A stretch of DNA of 64,000 nt from an uncultured virus (IMG/VR IMGVR_UViG_3300025782_000004) (taxonomy: Duplodnaviria > Heunggongvirae > Uroviricota > Caudoviricetes): the IMG/VR virus record IMGVR_UViG_3300025782_000004. One strand, given 5' to 3'. This document shows positions 1-10,196 of this stretch, piece by piece. A program made the position numbers and the translations under genes. Positions within the stretch are counted from its first letter, which is position 1; each line of letters opens with the position of its first letter. The notes beneath the pieces were generated by a model that saw nothing but the letters and a program-made list of their open reading frames with translations, was not told where the DNA came from and ran no database searches.

Positions 1-78
1 CCGGTCAAAGTTAACAGCCTGGGTACTATTACCCACGCTCATGAAATTCTTAACGGTTAGGTCTTTTATTTTAAACAT
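1..78 (-). CDS. N-terminus of a T4 gp46-like (Rad50/SbcC) recombination ATPase; runs off the window edge
   Basis: My translation from ATG 78 gives MFKIKDLTVKNFMSVGNSTQAVNFDR, the typical gp46/SMC start (KNFxSVGN). It lies downstream of gp47. Not in the ORF track. Confidence 0.85.
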   Translation of the reverse strand, partial: MFKIKDLTVKNFMSVGNSTQAVNFDR

Positions 79-778
79 AAGTGATTATATAATAATTCTG
101 CCAAGTGAGTGTGACCATCTTCTAATATGTGTCCGTTTGGCCCACACGGAAATTTTTTACATAAATCTTGAATATAAAACTTATTCCAATTATAAAACAT
201 TGATGTGTCGATTAGTTGTATATAGTACTGTATTTCGTTGTATTCGTCAAATATTTGTTCATCAGTCATGATATCAAAATTAATTAACTCTCTAACTGAA
301 TCTATAAACTGTCCTTTGGGTGCAAACCATTTATCCATATTATTATGCATAGTATTAATCATTAAACACGGTGCTTTAATAAAAGATTGTAATTGTATAA
401 TTTGCTGAAGCCATAATTTAAAAGCATAAAGTTCATTATACCAGACATTGTATAAGGTCTCCCCCAATTATGATAAAATGAATCTTTACCATACATACTG
501 TGTCGCAAGCCCGGATTAAAGTTTACTTCATAATTGTTATCTGATTTATAAAAAGTAAATCTAGTATTGGTAGTCCACGCTATAACATACAAATCAAAAT
601 TATATTGATATTGTTTAATAGTGCGGTACATAGTTCTATAATTTGTGCCGCCACTCGTTGCATCATTTACAGTTGTTGCACCTAACAAGGTACCCAACTG
701 CACTGGCCATGCAGACGTTTCGGGTGATTGTAATTCGTCACCGTAAGTAAATGAACATCCATTGGTATAAATCTTCAT
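66..778 (-). pseudogene. SGNH/GDSL-like protein split by a single-base frameshift at a G5 run (C5 at 461-465 on the plus strand)
   Basis: ORF 362-778 carries the N-terminal NGCSFTYG motif and ORF 66-467 carries the C-terminal GPNGH motif. One extra G joins them in frame (..HNW-GETLYNVWYNELY..). The intact paralog at 45988 has both motifs. Confidence 0.75.
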
Positions 779-1794
779 AGATTTCTATAGATGTCTAACA
801 ATAAATTTGGATTGTATTGATTGCTGTCAATGTTGCTTAACTGACTATACACGATTTGATCGACCGACTCAAACTCAATATTACCAGCTATTTCGTAATC
901 AGTCAGGTCTGTTACTTTGGCCGGAATCAATGTGATCTCTCTCAGCTGGTAAGTATCAATAAATGTTTCTTTGATAAACGTGGCTTCTTCGTAGCTGATA
1001 TCGATATCCAAATTCACACGCACATGCATGTTGGGTTTGAGCATGACTTCGGTATGTTTGAGCACGTCGCTTAGATTAAACACACGATACATAGGTTGCT
1101 CGGGCCAAGCATGATACACAGGAGGTTTATCCCACTCTAAGATCATTAGGCCACGATCGTCGTCGCCAGCATCAGCATAGTTGTGAGGAAAGCAATTGCC
1201 TAGATAAGTTACATTACCACGAGTTTGACGTTTATGGAAATGTCCGGAGAACACGTGTTCAAATCCAGCTAGATCATTCTTGGGATCTACTTCACCATGA
1301 TCTGGCATAGCAACCATAGCGTTCATTAGGTAGCCGGGCAACTCAAAGTGCCCAAACATGTACTTGCCCTTTAGTTTTTTTAACTTTTTAAAATCGTCGC
1401 CAACAAGCCACGGAGCAATAGTGACATCGCCGATAGTAGTCCAATCGTTACAAATATGGATGTTAGTAAGGTGTTTGGCCCACTCCACACTTTGTACATC
1501 ACGCTTATCGCGATAATACAAATCATGGTTGCCCGGAATAAAGTACGTGTTGTCGAAGTTAGCATTCAAATGCTCCAGTGCTTGTAAACTGTATTGTAGT
1601 GTAAGGATGTTAATGCTAGCACGATTATTGTGCCAGTCACCTAAGAATAAACAGGTATCACAGCCTTCTTCCAGAGCTTTAGCAGTGGCCCATTTTACAA
1701 AATTTAAACAGTCTTCGTTGTGTAGCGTGCTATTTGATTTTAGTCCAAAATGGATGTCAGTAAAAATAGCCGCTTTCTTAAAAAGGTTTGTCAT
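775..1794 (-). CDS. T4 gp47-like (Mre11/SbcD) recombination nuclease
   Basis: Metallophosphoesterase motifs DIHFG, LGD, GNHD, GHF and SGHFH. Likely start MTNLFKKAA at 1794; the 1899 start in the track overlaps the upstream gene. Confidence 0.92.
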   Translation of the reverse strand: MTNLFKKAAIFTDIHFGLKSNSTLHNEDCLNFVKWATAKALEEGCDTCLFLGDWHNNRASINILTLQYSLQALEHLNANFDNTYFIPGNHDLYYRDKRDVQSVEWAKHLTNIHICNDWTTIGDVTIAPWLVGDDFKKLKKLKGKYMFGHFELPGYLMNAMVAMPDHGEVDPKNDLAGFEHVFSGHFHKRQTRGNVTYLGNCFPHNYADAGDDDRGLMILEWDKPPVYHAWPEQPMYRVFNLSDVLKHTEVMLKPNMHVRVNLDIDISYEEATFIKETFIDTYQLREITLIPAKVTDLTDYEIAGNIEFESVDQIVYSQLSNIDSNQYNPNLLLDIYRNL

Positions 1795-1801
1795 GTTTTG
1801 T

Positions 1802-1831
1802 AGTATACAGTCTTGTTGATATAAAAGTCTA
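1802..1831 (-). promoter_or_regulatory. Possible sigma70-type promoter for gp47 (TAGACT-18-TATACT)
   Basis: Near-consensus hexamers. The predicted start site would fall at or next to ATG 1794. Confidence 0.35.
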
Positions 1832-3226
1832 GTAGTAACCCATGGCTTTGGCAATTTCTGTATGAGTATCCATAAAGCTCTGCTCACGTTCGGCATCAAA
1901 ACGTTTCATATACTCAACAAATTTTAAGTTTTCATCCACTGCGGTTACATTTTCTATATAGGTAATTATTGGAGTAATAGACGGGTCATTTCGATATTGG
2001 CGCAATTTGTCTAAAACCAATTGTTTGGCACGATTGGTCAGCATGTCAATAGAAAGTTCAGATGGAGTAACTACGCGATTATTCAATAAGGGTGGTGTAG
2101 AACAATCCAACGATCTAATCCAATCCATTAATTCTGGAAGATACAATACATTCATGATGCTGACAGTGGGGTATATGTCAGTTAAAAACCAATCAGATCT
2201 CCGTTCATTATATTTTTTAATATTAGTACAAACAGATTCCCAACTAGCACCGTTTCGTTCTAATTCAAATCTTTTGCCCGTGTTGTCAATGCTAAAACTA
2301 ATCTTAACTTCTTTAAAATTTTTCCATAGCTCAAAAAATTTTTCTGAATATATAGTACCGTTGCTGTTGTAATCGATTTTAATATTCTTAGACACTCCCA
2401 AATCTACTAGTCTACGTAAAAATACAAAGTGACGTTTTGACATTAGCGGCTCACCGCCATACAAATCAAGGTATTTAAGATTCCCAGCCAAGCGTTCAAT
2501 TTGGTTGTAAAAATCGTCAGATTCGCTCCATGCAGTTGATTGTTTGATAATATCGAATTTGACTTGGGAAATTCTTTTGCTCTTGAGATACAGATCTGCA
2601 ATACGAGAACTGTCAGACGGAGCACAGATTCGGCAGGATAAATTGCAAGCATTGCCTAATTTTAAATCCAATATCTGTAGGTTACTGACGTCATCTTTTT
2701 GATAGTCTACAGAAAAGTACAGGTCGCGAAATTTATGTCGTGCTGCTTGTCGCATGCTAGTAATACCGCTGGCCTCATTTTTCCAGCAGTAGTGACACCC
2801 ATCGGGTTTTTGACCCTTGCGAAATTGTTCACGCAGAGTCTGCATTTGATTGCCGGTGTAAAAAGTAACCAATTGATCATCATCGTTGAGATTGCCGACG
2901 CGACCATCAAAAACACAACAAGGTTGCATTTCGCCGTTAGTCCAAACAACTGTATTGATCCAAGGGTAGATACAGTGAGAATCTGGAATAGATAGGTCTT
3001 GTACAGGTAAAGACGTGTCTGAGTCAAAGATCACAAAAAAATCAGGAATATCTACGAATTCTAGTATTTCTTTAACTAATTTTACAGTATCAACAGAATC
3101 AGGATTATAAGAAAAAATAATACGCTCATCATCTCCATATGGATCTTTTTTAAGTGCTAGTATTCTGTTGTAAAGTGGCGGTATACTGGTATAATCAGGC
3201 AATACTATCCTGTCTAATACTTGCAT
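1829..3226 (-). CDS. Radical SAM protein with N-terminal twitch/SPASM-like Fe-S domain
   Basis: CNLSCRIC (CxxxCxxC) and GGEP. Upstream CIYPW...PCC...GCHYCW. Paralog of the 35-44 kb array. Confidence 0.9.
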   Translation of the reverse strand: MQVLDRIVLPDYTSIPPLYNRILALKKDPYGDDERIIFSYNPDSVDTVKLVKEILEFVDIPDFFVIFDSDTSLPVQDLSIPDSHCIYPWINTVVWTNGEMQPCCVFDGRVGNLNDDDQLVTFYTGNQMQTLREQFRKGQKPDGCHYCWKNEASGITSMRQAARHKFRDLYFSVDYQKDDVSNLQILDLKLGNACNLSCRICAPSDSSRIADLYLKSKRISQVKFDIIKQSTAWSESDDFYNQIERLAGNLKYLDLYGGEPLMSKRHFVFLRRLVDLGVSKNIKIDYNSNGTIYSEKFFELWKNFKEVKISFSIDNTGKRFELERNGASWESVCTNIKKYNERRSDWFLTDIYPTVSIMNVLYLPELMDWIRSLDCSTPPLLNNRVVTPSELSIDMLTNRAKQLVLDKLRQYRNDPSITPIITYIENVTAVDENLKFVEYMKRFDAEREQSFMDTHTEIAKAMGYY

Positions 3227-3235
3227 ACTGCCCTT

Positions 3236-4129
3236 TTAATCGTCGTAACCGCCGTCGCTACCACCTGCGGTGCTACTGATCTTAGCACCTTGGCGTGTGT
3301 AACTTGGGGTTAGGTTGTTCATTTCCAGAATATCGTCTCGCAAATTTTGATTACGCTTTTCGATATTAAGTACCCGAGTAAATGAATTGGTGATAGCAGC
3401 AGTATAATAGGCAAACGGGTTTTGTGATTTGAATTCGTCAAATTGTAGTCCAATCTGTGATAGTTGTAGTAGTGCTTGTGAGCGCATTTCGTCGTTGTAG
3501 GTATAACCACGCCAGTTGCTACGTGTGGCATAGCGTTCGCACAGTTTAATAAACATATGAGCTAGCTTAGGAGTCATCTTGCCGTGGTCTTTTGAGAAAT
3601 GCCCTTTGGCTAAATCACCCTTCCAATGACTACGTCCCACTAGAATAGGAGTTCCTTCTTCGTCGACTTTGTAGTGTTCAAACGGCGGAAAGTTTACTTT
3701 AACATATTTGGTATTGCCTGCAATATCTAGTTCGTCATCGTCGTATTCTGAACGTGCTGGCCCGTCATCTTCCAATTCCATGGCTTTGACTGCGGCCTTG
3801 CGTGATTTGACATCATCTACAGGAATATGATCCCAAGTCATAACACGGAATACTACATCGGTATCTGGAACATCTTTAAGTTTGATTTCAAATTCATCCA
3901 TTTTACGTTTAGTACCATCTGCGGTAGCGGCTTCGTGTGCTAATTTTTGTAAGCGGACAGCACGGTCTTTGCGTGCTTGCATGATGTTCTTTTTATTGAT
4001 CTTTTTTACATCTGGGAGAATCATATCATAGTCTGCTACATTTGGTGTTTGGAAGTAACAGTAGCTATTTTTACTTTTATGAATTTCTTTGAGAATATCT
4101 TTGTTATTGAGATAGTTATTGCGGGCCAT
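3236..4129 (-). CDS. T4 gp55-like late-transcription sigma factor
   Basis: YLNNKDIL N-terminus, then NWRGYTYNDEM and FDEFKSQNPFAYYT...NSFTRV, matching gp55 blocks. Synteny with gp47-gp46. Confidence 0.85.
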   Translation of the reverse strand: MARNNYLNNKDILKEIHKSKNSYCYFQTPNVADYDMILPDVKKINKKNIMQARKDRAVRLQKLAHEAATADGTKRKMDEFEIKLKDVPDTDVVFRVMTWDHIPVDDVKSRKAAVKAMELEDDGPARSEYDDDELDIAGNTKYVKVNFPPFEHYKVDEEGTPILVGRSHWKGDLAKGHFSKDHGKMTPKLAHMFIKLCERYATRSNWRGYTYNDEMRSQALLQLSQIGLQFDEFKSQNPFAYYTAAITNSFTRVLNIEKRNQNLRDDILEMNNLTPSYTRQGAKISSTAGGSDGGYDD

Positions 4130-4154
4130 CCTTTGTTTCCTTTAAAGTTAGCAC

Positions 4155-4184
4155 ATACTAACATATTTAATTTCCAAAGGTCAA
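4155..4184 (-). promoter_or_regulatory. Putative sigma70 promoter for the gp55-like gene (TTGACC-18-TAGTAT, extended -10 TG), with an internal TAAATA motif at 4164-4169
   Basis: Read directly from the divergent intergenic region. Confidence 0.45.
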
Positions 4185-4227
4185 CCTATTTTTAAAATAA
4201 TTATAATATACGCATATAATAGCTACC

Positions 4228-4235
4228 GATAAATA
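4228..4235 (+). promoter_or_regulatory. T4-type late promoter motif GATAAATA
   Basis: One mismatch to T4 TATAAATA, 5 nt before the first structural gene. Recurs before other structural genes. Confidence 0.7.
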
Positions 4236-4240
4236 CTTGT

Positions 4241-5233
4241 ATGCCAGTGCTACCTAATCAACCTCTACAGACAGCCGTAACTAACCAAACTGGTAGTTTC
4301 GGTGCCCAAATTGCCCAATCTGTTACTAACAGTTTGGAAGGGTCCCTTGGGTTAAACCCATCAATGTCACGCCAAAACGTGTCTAGTATGTTTGCTTATA
4401 CTCATAATACACAGGGACCTAATATAGTGGTAAATTATCCGCAGGCCAACTACGATTGGCGTGTTCGTGTAACGCTAGCACCCAACAGTACATACTTTTA
4501 TAACGATACCAGTAACAATTTATTAAGCCCGCTACGCACAGAATCTAGTAACAATGTGACCAGTGCAGTAGTACAAAGTGTTAATAATATTTTTGGAGCC
4601 AGCGGACAAACACGTATTGGTGTTGTGTTTCCCTATACTCCCACAGTACAGGTCACACATACTGCAAACTATTCAGCACAAAAATTAACACATAACAATT
4701 ACACACAGTACTACTATGATAATTCAGAAGTTGGTGCAATTACTATCAACGGCGAATTCACAGTACAGAACGTAAACGAAGGTCAGTATCTATTAGCAAC
4801 AATTTACTTCTTTAGATCAATTACCAAAATGTTTTTTGGGGCAGACTCAGCAGCAGGCAATCCGCCGCCGATTGTTTACCTAAACGGTTACGGACAATAT
4901 TATCTACCAAACGTGCCTTGTGTTTGTACCAACTTCAGTCATACTATGCCGGATACTGTGGACTACGTTGACATTCCAGAACCTGGATTAAATTATAATC
5001 CTACCGTAACTAATCCTGTATTAAATAGTACACGCTTGCCAACTACTAGTACAATTAGCCTTACGCTACAACCAGTCTACAGCAGACTTTCACAGAGCCA
5101 AGGATTTAGTCTACAAGACTTTGCTCGTGGTGCATTAATCAATGCCGCGGGCAGTGGTGGAGCAGCAAGCGCATTTGGTGCAACACAAACACCACTCAAC
5201 GGAGGCACACCGGGCGCTGGAGGATTCTTATAA
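4241..5233 (+). CDS. Putative baseplate/tail-tube-like structural protein
   Basis: First gene of the late operon, coupled to the gp53-like gene. The FPYTP...GNPPPIVYLNGYG pattern resembles contractile-tail tube/initiator proteins; exact orthology uncertain. Confidence 0.55.
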   Translation: MPVLPNQPLQTAVTNQTGSFGAQIAQSVTNSLEGSLGLNPSMSRQNVSSMFAYTHNTQGPNIVVNYPQANYDWRVRVTLAPNSTYFYNDTSNNLLSPLRTESSNNVTSAVVQSVNNIFGASGQTRIGVVFPYTPTVQVTHTANYSAQKLTHNNYTQYYYDNSEVGAITINGEFTVQNVNEGQYLLATIYFFRSITKMFFGADSAAGNPPPIVYLNGYGQYYLPNVPCVCTNFSHTMPDTVDYVDIPEPGLNYNPTVTNPVLNSTRLPTTSTISLTLQPVYSRLSQSQGFSLQDFARGALINAAGSGGAASAFGATQTPLNGGTPGAGGFL

Positions 5234-5541
5234 TGACAGCAAAATACGCTACCACTAGTCCATATTATGGTACATCTACCTGGGGTCAGTTTCTTGATGT
5301 TTGGAAATACAATACCCTAACTATTCCTGCTGCGGTAACAGATGCACTTTATCAAATTGATCCACCCTACGACAATCGTCCAGATTTACTGGCCCACGAC
5401 TTGTACGGAGACAGTAACCTATGGTGGGTATTTGCTGTTCGTAATCCAGATGTCCTAATAGATCCCTTGCTTAATTTTGTAGCACCAGCAGTAATATACA
5501 TTCCAACAAAAGAAACCGTGCAGACAGCACTAGGATTGTAA
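5233..5541 (+). CDS. Baseplate wedge protein, gp53/LysM-like
   Basis: RPDLLAHDLYGDSNLWWVFA motif, size and context. Confidence 0.85.
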   Translation: MTAKYATTSPYYGTSTWGQFLDVWKYNTLTIPAAVTDALYQIDPPYDNRPDLLAHDLYGDSNLWWVFAVRNPDVLIDPLLNFVAPAVIYIPTKETVQTALGL

Positions 5542-5544
5542 TCG

Positions 5545-7998
5545 ATGGCTGATCCAATTACAATTAATGGCGTTGCTATACTTGCCGATGTCAATCCAAC
5601 TGCTGCTGCAACAATAGTTCCACCAACTGGTTATCAAGTCGCAACACAGGCCCAAGCAGGATTTGTAGATGGTGTACCAGCAACTTCGGGAACCTATTAC
5701 GACGACACATTGAATGCTTGGCTAACGCCTACTACTGCTACTGCATCTACTACTAACTCTAATTCCAATAACAATGCCAATGGCGTAGGAGGAAGTGCAA
5801 CTAATAACAGTAGTACTGGTAATGGAACTGGTAATGGAACTGGTAATGGAACTGGCACAAATTCTAATACTAGTACTGGTCCTGGAACAGTTAAAATTCC
5901 TGCAACTACCACAGTGGTGCCTAATCCGTTGCATCAGTTTGCTAGTTGGACTTATTCATGGAGCCTATGGTGGCTTGACGTTGCTGACTACAATGGCATG
6001 ATGGTTGGTGCTGATGCAGGTGCTGGAAATTCTTATGTGCTGAGTCCAAAAAGTTATGTTGTTGCTGAGGACAGCGGTCTTTATCCCAATCGCAGACTGC
6101 CAACACAGGCCGGCCTAAACTACAATATACAAACAGTAAACTTTAACACAATTATTGGCAACAATTCAAAATCTAAAAGCACTAACATAATCGACGGCAC
6201 TTTGACAATCTTAGAGCCTTATGGTGTTACACTGATTGATAGCCTAGCACAAGCAGCTCTTAGCTTAAATTCGGGTTACAATTATTTACAACAACCATAT
6301 ATGTTGCAGTTAGATTTTAAAGGCTACGACAATGCTGGAAATCCTATTCCAGACAGTACTACTACACTCTATAGAAAACGTTTTCCAATTAAAATTAATA
6401 CTATGAAAGTCAAGGTGACTAACAAAGGTGCAGAGTATCAAATTGCCTACACCCCAACCGGCCATCAAGCGCACTATCCAGAGCATTCAAGAACTCCCAA
6501 GAACGTATCAGTAACAGTACCCGGCGGTACAGTACAAGAATTTCTTAATAATTTTGCAATAATCTTAAACACCTATTGGCAACTTGAAGTCAATGACGGC
6601 AAAGCCCAATACGCTGATACTATAAAATTTGATATGGATCCTGCCATTGCATCAAGCAAGATCATTTACCCAGATCAGGACAGCGTTACGCAGGCCAATC
6701 CCGATGCCAATTCTATACAATTAACTGGCGGAGCATTTGATATCCCGGCCGGTACACAAATTACTACAGTAATACAAAAAGTTCTTGAAAAATCAAGTTA
6801 CTTACGTGACCAATTAGGATTGGACTTTCAAAACCTAACAGCCGCACAGCAACAAACAAATTTAACACAAATTTTAAACACTTTCAAAACTGTTTGTACA
6901 AACAATTATGCAGGAACTGATGCTGCCGGAAATGTAAATTCTGGAGTATTTGATAATATACGAAACACTTATCCAGCACAGTTTACCTATAATATACATC
7001 AGTACCCCAACCTAAATCCAGCCAATCATCCAGCAGCGCCGTTTTTAACTGACAGTCGAGCTCATACTGTTAAAAATTATAACTATATCTATACTGGTAA
7101 AAATGTAGACATATTAGATCTTAAAATTGATTTTGATGCTACGTACTATACTGCGGTAGCGGCATATACTGCACAGTTTGCCGCAACACAAGCAACTCCT
7201 AGTACTGGACTTAATACATCAATAGCCAATGGGGGTGTGATCCTGTTGAGTCCACAACTCTTGGCTGCAAGTGGCGCAGTAGCTGGATTCAAAAATATTA
7301 CTAACTTAACTCCACTTAAATATCGTGCAGTCAACAACGATCAAAGAGAAACCATCGGTCTAGGCATTATTAATGACCCCACAGCGCAAACTGTGGCCAA
7401 TGTTATGAAAAGTCTATACACCAATTTCAAAGGGGATATGGTCACACTAGAACTACAGATAGTTGGCGACCCAACATTAATTAAACAAGATGATTGGTTG
7501 TATGTGCCTAGTCCAACAACAAGTACAATATACAACAGTTGGGACAGTCAAAGTCAAAATGACTTTGCAGGACGTTACGGACATGTGCGTATGGATGTCG
7601 GATCTTTGATGTTCTCGGTAACTATTAATACTCCATTGGACATAGACACTGACTGGACCAATCAAGGGGTGGTGTTTCCGCAACCTGGCACTTACAAGAG
7701 CTTGTTTAGTGGGCAATACCAATGCACCGGAATTAAAAATAGTTTTGCCAATGGTAAATTTGAACAGACCCTTACGCTAAACCGTGTTATTAATGGCGAT
7801 TTAATAAATTCGGCAGCTCCAGCGGCAGCAACCAACGGTAGAGATTCTAGTACTAATGGTGGTGCTAGTCAAACACAAACAAAACAAAACTCACTTAATC
7901 AAACAGTACAACAAAATTCTGGTAGTACAGCAACTCCAGCTAATGGCTCAGTAGCAAGTCCAAATGCCCAAGAAAATAGTACTCAAGCACGACAATAG
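5545..7998 (+). CDS. Putative baseplate hub protein (gp27/VgrG-hub-like)
   Basis: Between gp53-like and gp5-like genes. C-terminal LQIVGDP...SGQY...KNSF..GKFEQTL pattern typical of hub proteins. Confidence 0.6.
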   Translation: MADPITINGVAILADVNPTAAATIVPPTGYQVATQAQAGFVDGVPATSGTYYDDTLNAWLTPTTATASTTNSNSNNNANGVGGSATNNSSTGNGTGNGTGNGTGTNSNTSTGPGTVKIPATTTVVPNPLHQFASWTYSWSLWWLDVADYNGMMVGADAGAGNSYVLSPKSYVVAEDSGLYPNRRLPTQAGLNYNIQTVNFNTIIGNNSKSKSTNIIDGTLTILEPYGVTLIDSLAQAALSLNSGYNYLQQPYMLQLDFKGYDNAGNPIPDSTTTLYRKRFPIKINTMKVKVTNKGAEYQIAYTPTGHQAHYPEHSRTPKNVSVTVPGGTVQEFLNNFAIILNTYWQLEVNDGKAQYADTIKFDMDPAIASSKIIYPDQDSVTQANPDANSIQLTGGAFDIPAGTQITTVIQKVLEKSSYLRDQLGLDFQNLTAAQQQTNLTQILNTFKTVCTNNYAGTDAAGNVNSGVFDNIRNTYPAQFTYNIHQYPNLNPANHPAAPFLTDSRAHTVKNYNYIYTGKNVDILDLKIDFDATYYTAVAAYTAQFAATQATPSTGLNTSIANGGVILLSPQLLAASGAVAGFKNITNLTPLKYRAVNNDQRETIGLGIINDPTAQTVANVMKSLYTNFKGDMVTLELQIVGDPTLIKQDDWLYVPSPTTSTIYNSWDSQSQNDFAGRYGHVRMDVGSLMFSVTINTPLDIDTDWTNQGVVFPQPGTYKSLFSGQYQCTGIKNSFANGKFEQTLTLNRVINGDLINSAAPAAATNGRDSSTNGGASQTQTKQNSLNQTVQQNSGSTATPANGSVASPNAQENSTQARQ
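5815..5855 (+). repeat. In-frame 12-bp tandem repeat (ACTGGTAATGGA x3.4) encoding TGNG
   Basis: Seen directly, in a low-complexity linker of the hub protein. Confidence 0.9.
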
Positions 7999-8011
7999 GA
8001 AAATTCAATAA

Positions 8012-9517
8012 ATGGCAGATAATCAAATAAGACGAACTGGTGCTGCTGACAGCGCAAAAGCAGATGGAAAAACAGGTTATACAGTTGACCCGGGTCCTTA
8101 TGAAGCTGTGGTTGTTAAACATGTAGTTGGGTCACGTACAGGGCAACTACAGGTTTATATACCAGACTGGGGCGGAGTACAAACTGACCCACAGAATCAA
8201 ATAGTGGTAAGTTATGCTAGTCCATTTTACGGCCATACATTTGGCACAGACAGTCAGCAAACACCTAATACTCCTATGAGTGCCGGTCAAAGTTACGGTA
8301 TGTGGATGGTACCGCCAGATGTTGGTAATAAAGTATTGGTTACATTTGCTGCCGGTGATAGGTCACGTGGTTATTGGTTTGCTTGTTGTTATGACAGCAC
8401 CAGTCATCATATGGTTCCAGGACTAGCACACAACATTGGTGGATCTACAGATACCAGTGTAGCTACTGACATTGCCAGTTATCTAAACAGTAGTCAAATA
8501 CTACCAGTAGTAGAATCCAGTGCTGGACAATCTTCTACTTATGGTTCTGACCCAAGTCAGGCTCCTCGTTACCCGCACGAATTTCAGTCAATGACACTTA
8601 TTTCGCAGGGTTTAGATAGAGATCCTGTGCGTGGGGCAATCAGTTCAAGTAGCCTACGCGAAGCACCCAGCAATGTCTATGGTATTAGTACTCCTGGTCG
8701 TTCAGCAACCGCTAATCCTCAGGTTTCTGCATCATCCTCAGTTGAAGCCAGTCAAGCTGTTATAGCTCGCAAAGGTGGTCATACATTTGTTATGGATGAC
8801 GGAGATAAGGATGGCAACGATCAATTGATTAGACTGCGTACCGCAGGCGGGCATCAAATCCTAATGAATGATACCGCAGACAAAACTGATAAAGGTAATA
8901 AAGGAGTACTATACATTGCCAGCGCATCAGGCAATCAGTGGTTAGAATTTAGTAGTGATGGCAGTATCAATATCTACGGTGCTGCAGGATTTAATGTGCG
9001 AGCTGAAGGGGCACTTAACTTTCATAGTGATAGTGCAGTCAATATTAACAGTGGCGGTTCAGTTGCTATTCACGGCGACATGGGAGTAAAAATTGACAGT
9101 TTAGTGTCAGTGGGAATCAGTGCCCTAGTAAGCGTATCAGTAGCCAGTGATGGCATGTTGTCACTTTCGGGTGTGGGCTCAGCTTCTCTAACCGGCGGTG
9201 TTAGCACCAAAGTCAGCAGTCTTGGACCTTGCTATGTATCTGGAACAATAGTAAATCTAAACAGCCCGTACTTACCCGTTCCACCAATTCCGGTAGTGCC
9301 TAATTTAGGGACAAGTTTGCCGGATGTTACTTGGGCAGGTACTAGTTGGACTTATACCCCGGGAGCAGTACGATCAATATGTACAGTTGTTCCTGCACAC
9401 GAACCTTGGTTGGATCCAGGTACAAACTTACGTCCTAAACCACAGTCATCAAGCGGAGCGTCACTGATAGGAGCTGCTGCTAGTATCGGGGCTGGCGCGG
9501 CTTCAAAATTAATTTGA
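8012..9517 (+). CDS. Baseplate central spike, gp5/VgrG-like (OB-fold plus beta-helix)
   Basis: GMWMVPPDVGNKVLVTF OB-fold, GHTFVMDD and GHQILMND, then a small-residue repetitive C-terminus. Confidence 0.8.
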   Translation: MADNQIRRTGAADSAKADGKTGYTVDPGPYEAVVVKHVVGSRTGQLQVYIPDWGGVQTDPQNQIVVSYASPFYGHTFGTDSQQTPNTPMSAGQSYGMWMVPPDVGNKVLVTFAAGDRSRGYWFACCYDSTSHHMVPGLAHNIGGSTDTSVATDIASYLNSSQILPVVESSAGQSSTYGSDPSQAPRYPHEFQSMTLISQGLDRDPVRGAISSSSLREAPSNVYGISTPGRSATANPQVSASSSVEASQAVIARKGGHTFVMDDGDKDGNDQLIRLRTAGGHQILMNDTADKTDKGNKGVLYIASASGNQWLEFSSDGSINIYGAAGFNVRAEGALNFHSDSAVNINSGGSVAIHGDMGVKIDSLVSVGISALVSVSVASDGMLSLSGVGSASLTGGVSTKVSSLGPCYVSGTIVNLNSPYLPVPPIPVVPNLGTSLPDVTWAGTSWTYTPGAVRSICTVVPAHEPWLDPGTNLRPKPQSSSGASLIGAAASIGAGAASKLI

Positions 9518-9525
9518 GATAACTT

Positions 9526-10188
9526 ATGGATCTAGGAATACAAGCAGCCGCAGGACAACCAATAGTAACTCCAATGCCCGTCAGTTGGCTTGGCTTACCT
9601 GCTATGCCTCCTACACCCCCAACCTGGGCCAATATTGCGGCATTGACATCTATTCAAGTACGTAACCTACAAGCACAGATAGCCTACAGTACTAGTCAGT
9701 GGAACTATGATTTAATTGGCGGTTCTAATCAATTAGGCAGATACCAATTTACCAGTCAAATTTTAGAGTCATACGGACTACTAGCATCTGGATCTAACAC
9801 GGCCTACGGAACAGATTCGGTGAACTATCGTCACTGTTGGCAACCAACCTATATTAACAACGGAATTAATTCTTATCAAAATTATTTTTATAACGTCACA
9901 AGCCTAAACGGTTTCTTAACGGGCACGATTGCTCAAGAGCACCTAGCATATCAACGCTTGGTGGATATTTACATAACTAGTTTGGATATTGGTTCAATAC
10001 AGCCCGGTGACCCTTCAGAAGTTGTTGCTGGTATGATTTATGTGGGGTGGACACTGAGTGTGGGTACAGGCCCAACTATTGCTAGCCCGCAGGGCACTGG
10101 CGCTTGGGCATGGCGTTACAATAACGTAGGTTCTGGTGCAACCAGCTACAATCAAGGTCGTTATAGTGTGGCAGTCCTAAGCGCATAA
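9526..10188 (+). CDS. Baseplate-associated protein, possibly a degenerate lysozyme-like fold
   Basis: IAYSTS...NY...LGRYQF resembles muramidase/transglycosylase ES...GxYQF motifs. Lies directly after the spike gene. Confidence 0.45.
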   Translation: MDLGIQAAAGQPIVTPMPVSWLGLPAMPPTPPTWANIAALTSIQVRNLQAQIAYSTSQWNYDLIGGSNQLGRYQFTSQILESYGLLASGSNTAYGTDSVNYRHCWQPTYINNGINSYQNYFYNVTSLNGFLTGTIAQEHLAYQRLVDIYITSLDIGSIQPGDPSEVVAGMIYVGWTLSVGTGPTIASPQGTGAWAWRYNNVGSGATSYNQGRYSVAVLSA

Positions 10189-10191
10189 ATA
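10184..10191 (+). promoter_or_regulatory. Late promoter motif CATAAATA
   Basis: 5 nt before the gp25-like ATG. Confidence 0.6.
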
Positions 10192-10196
10192 TTATC

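Noticed and set aside
5815..5855. Tandem repeat as a CRISPR array or phase-variation tract
   Set aside because: It is a 12-bp in-frame unit without spacers and only encodes a TGNG linker.
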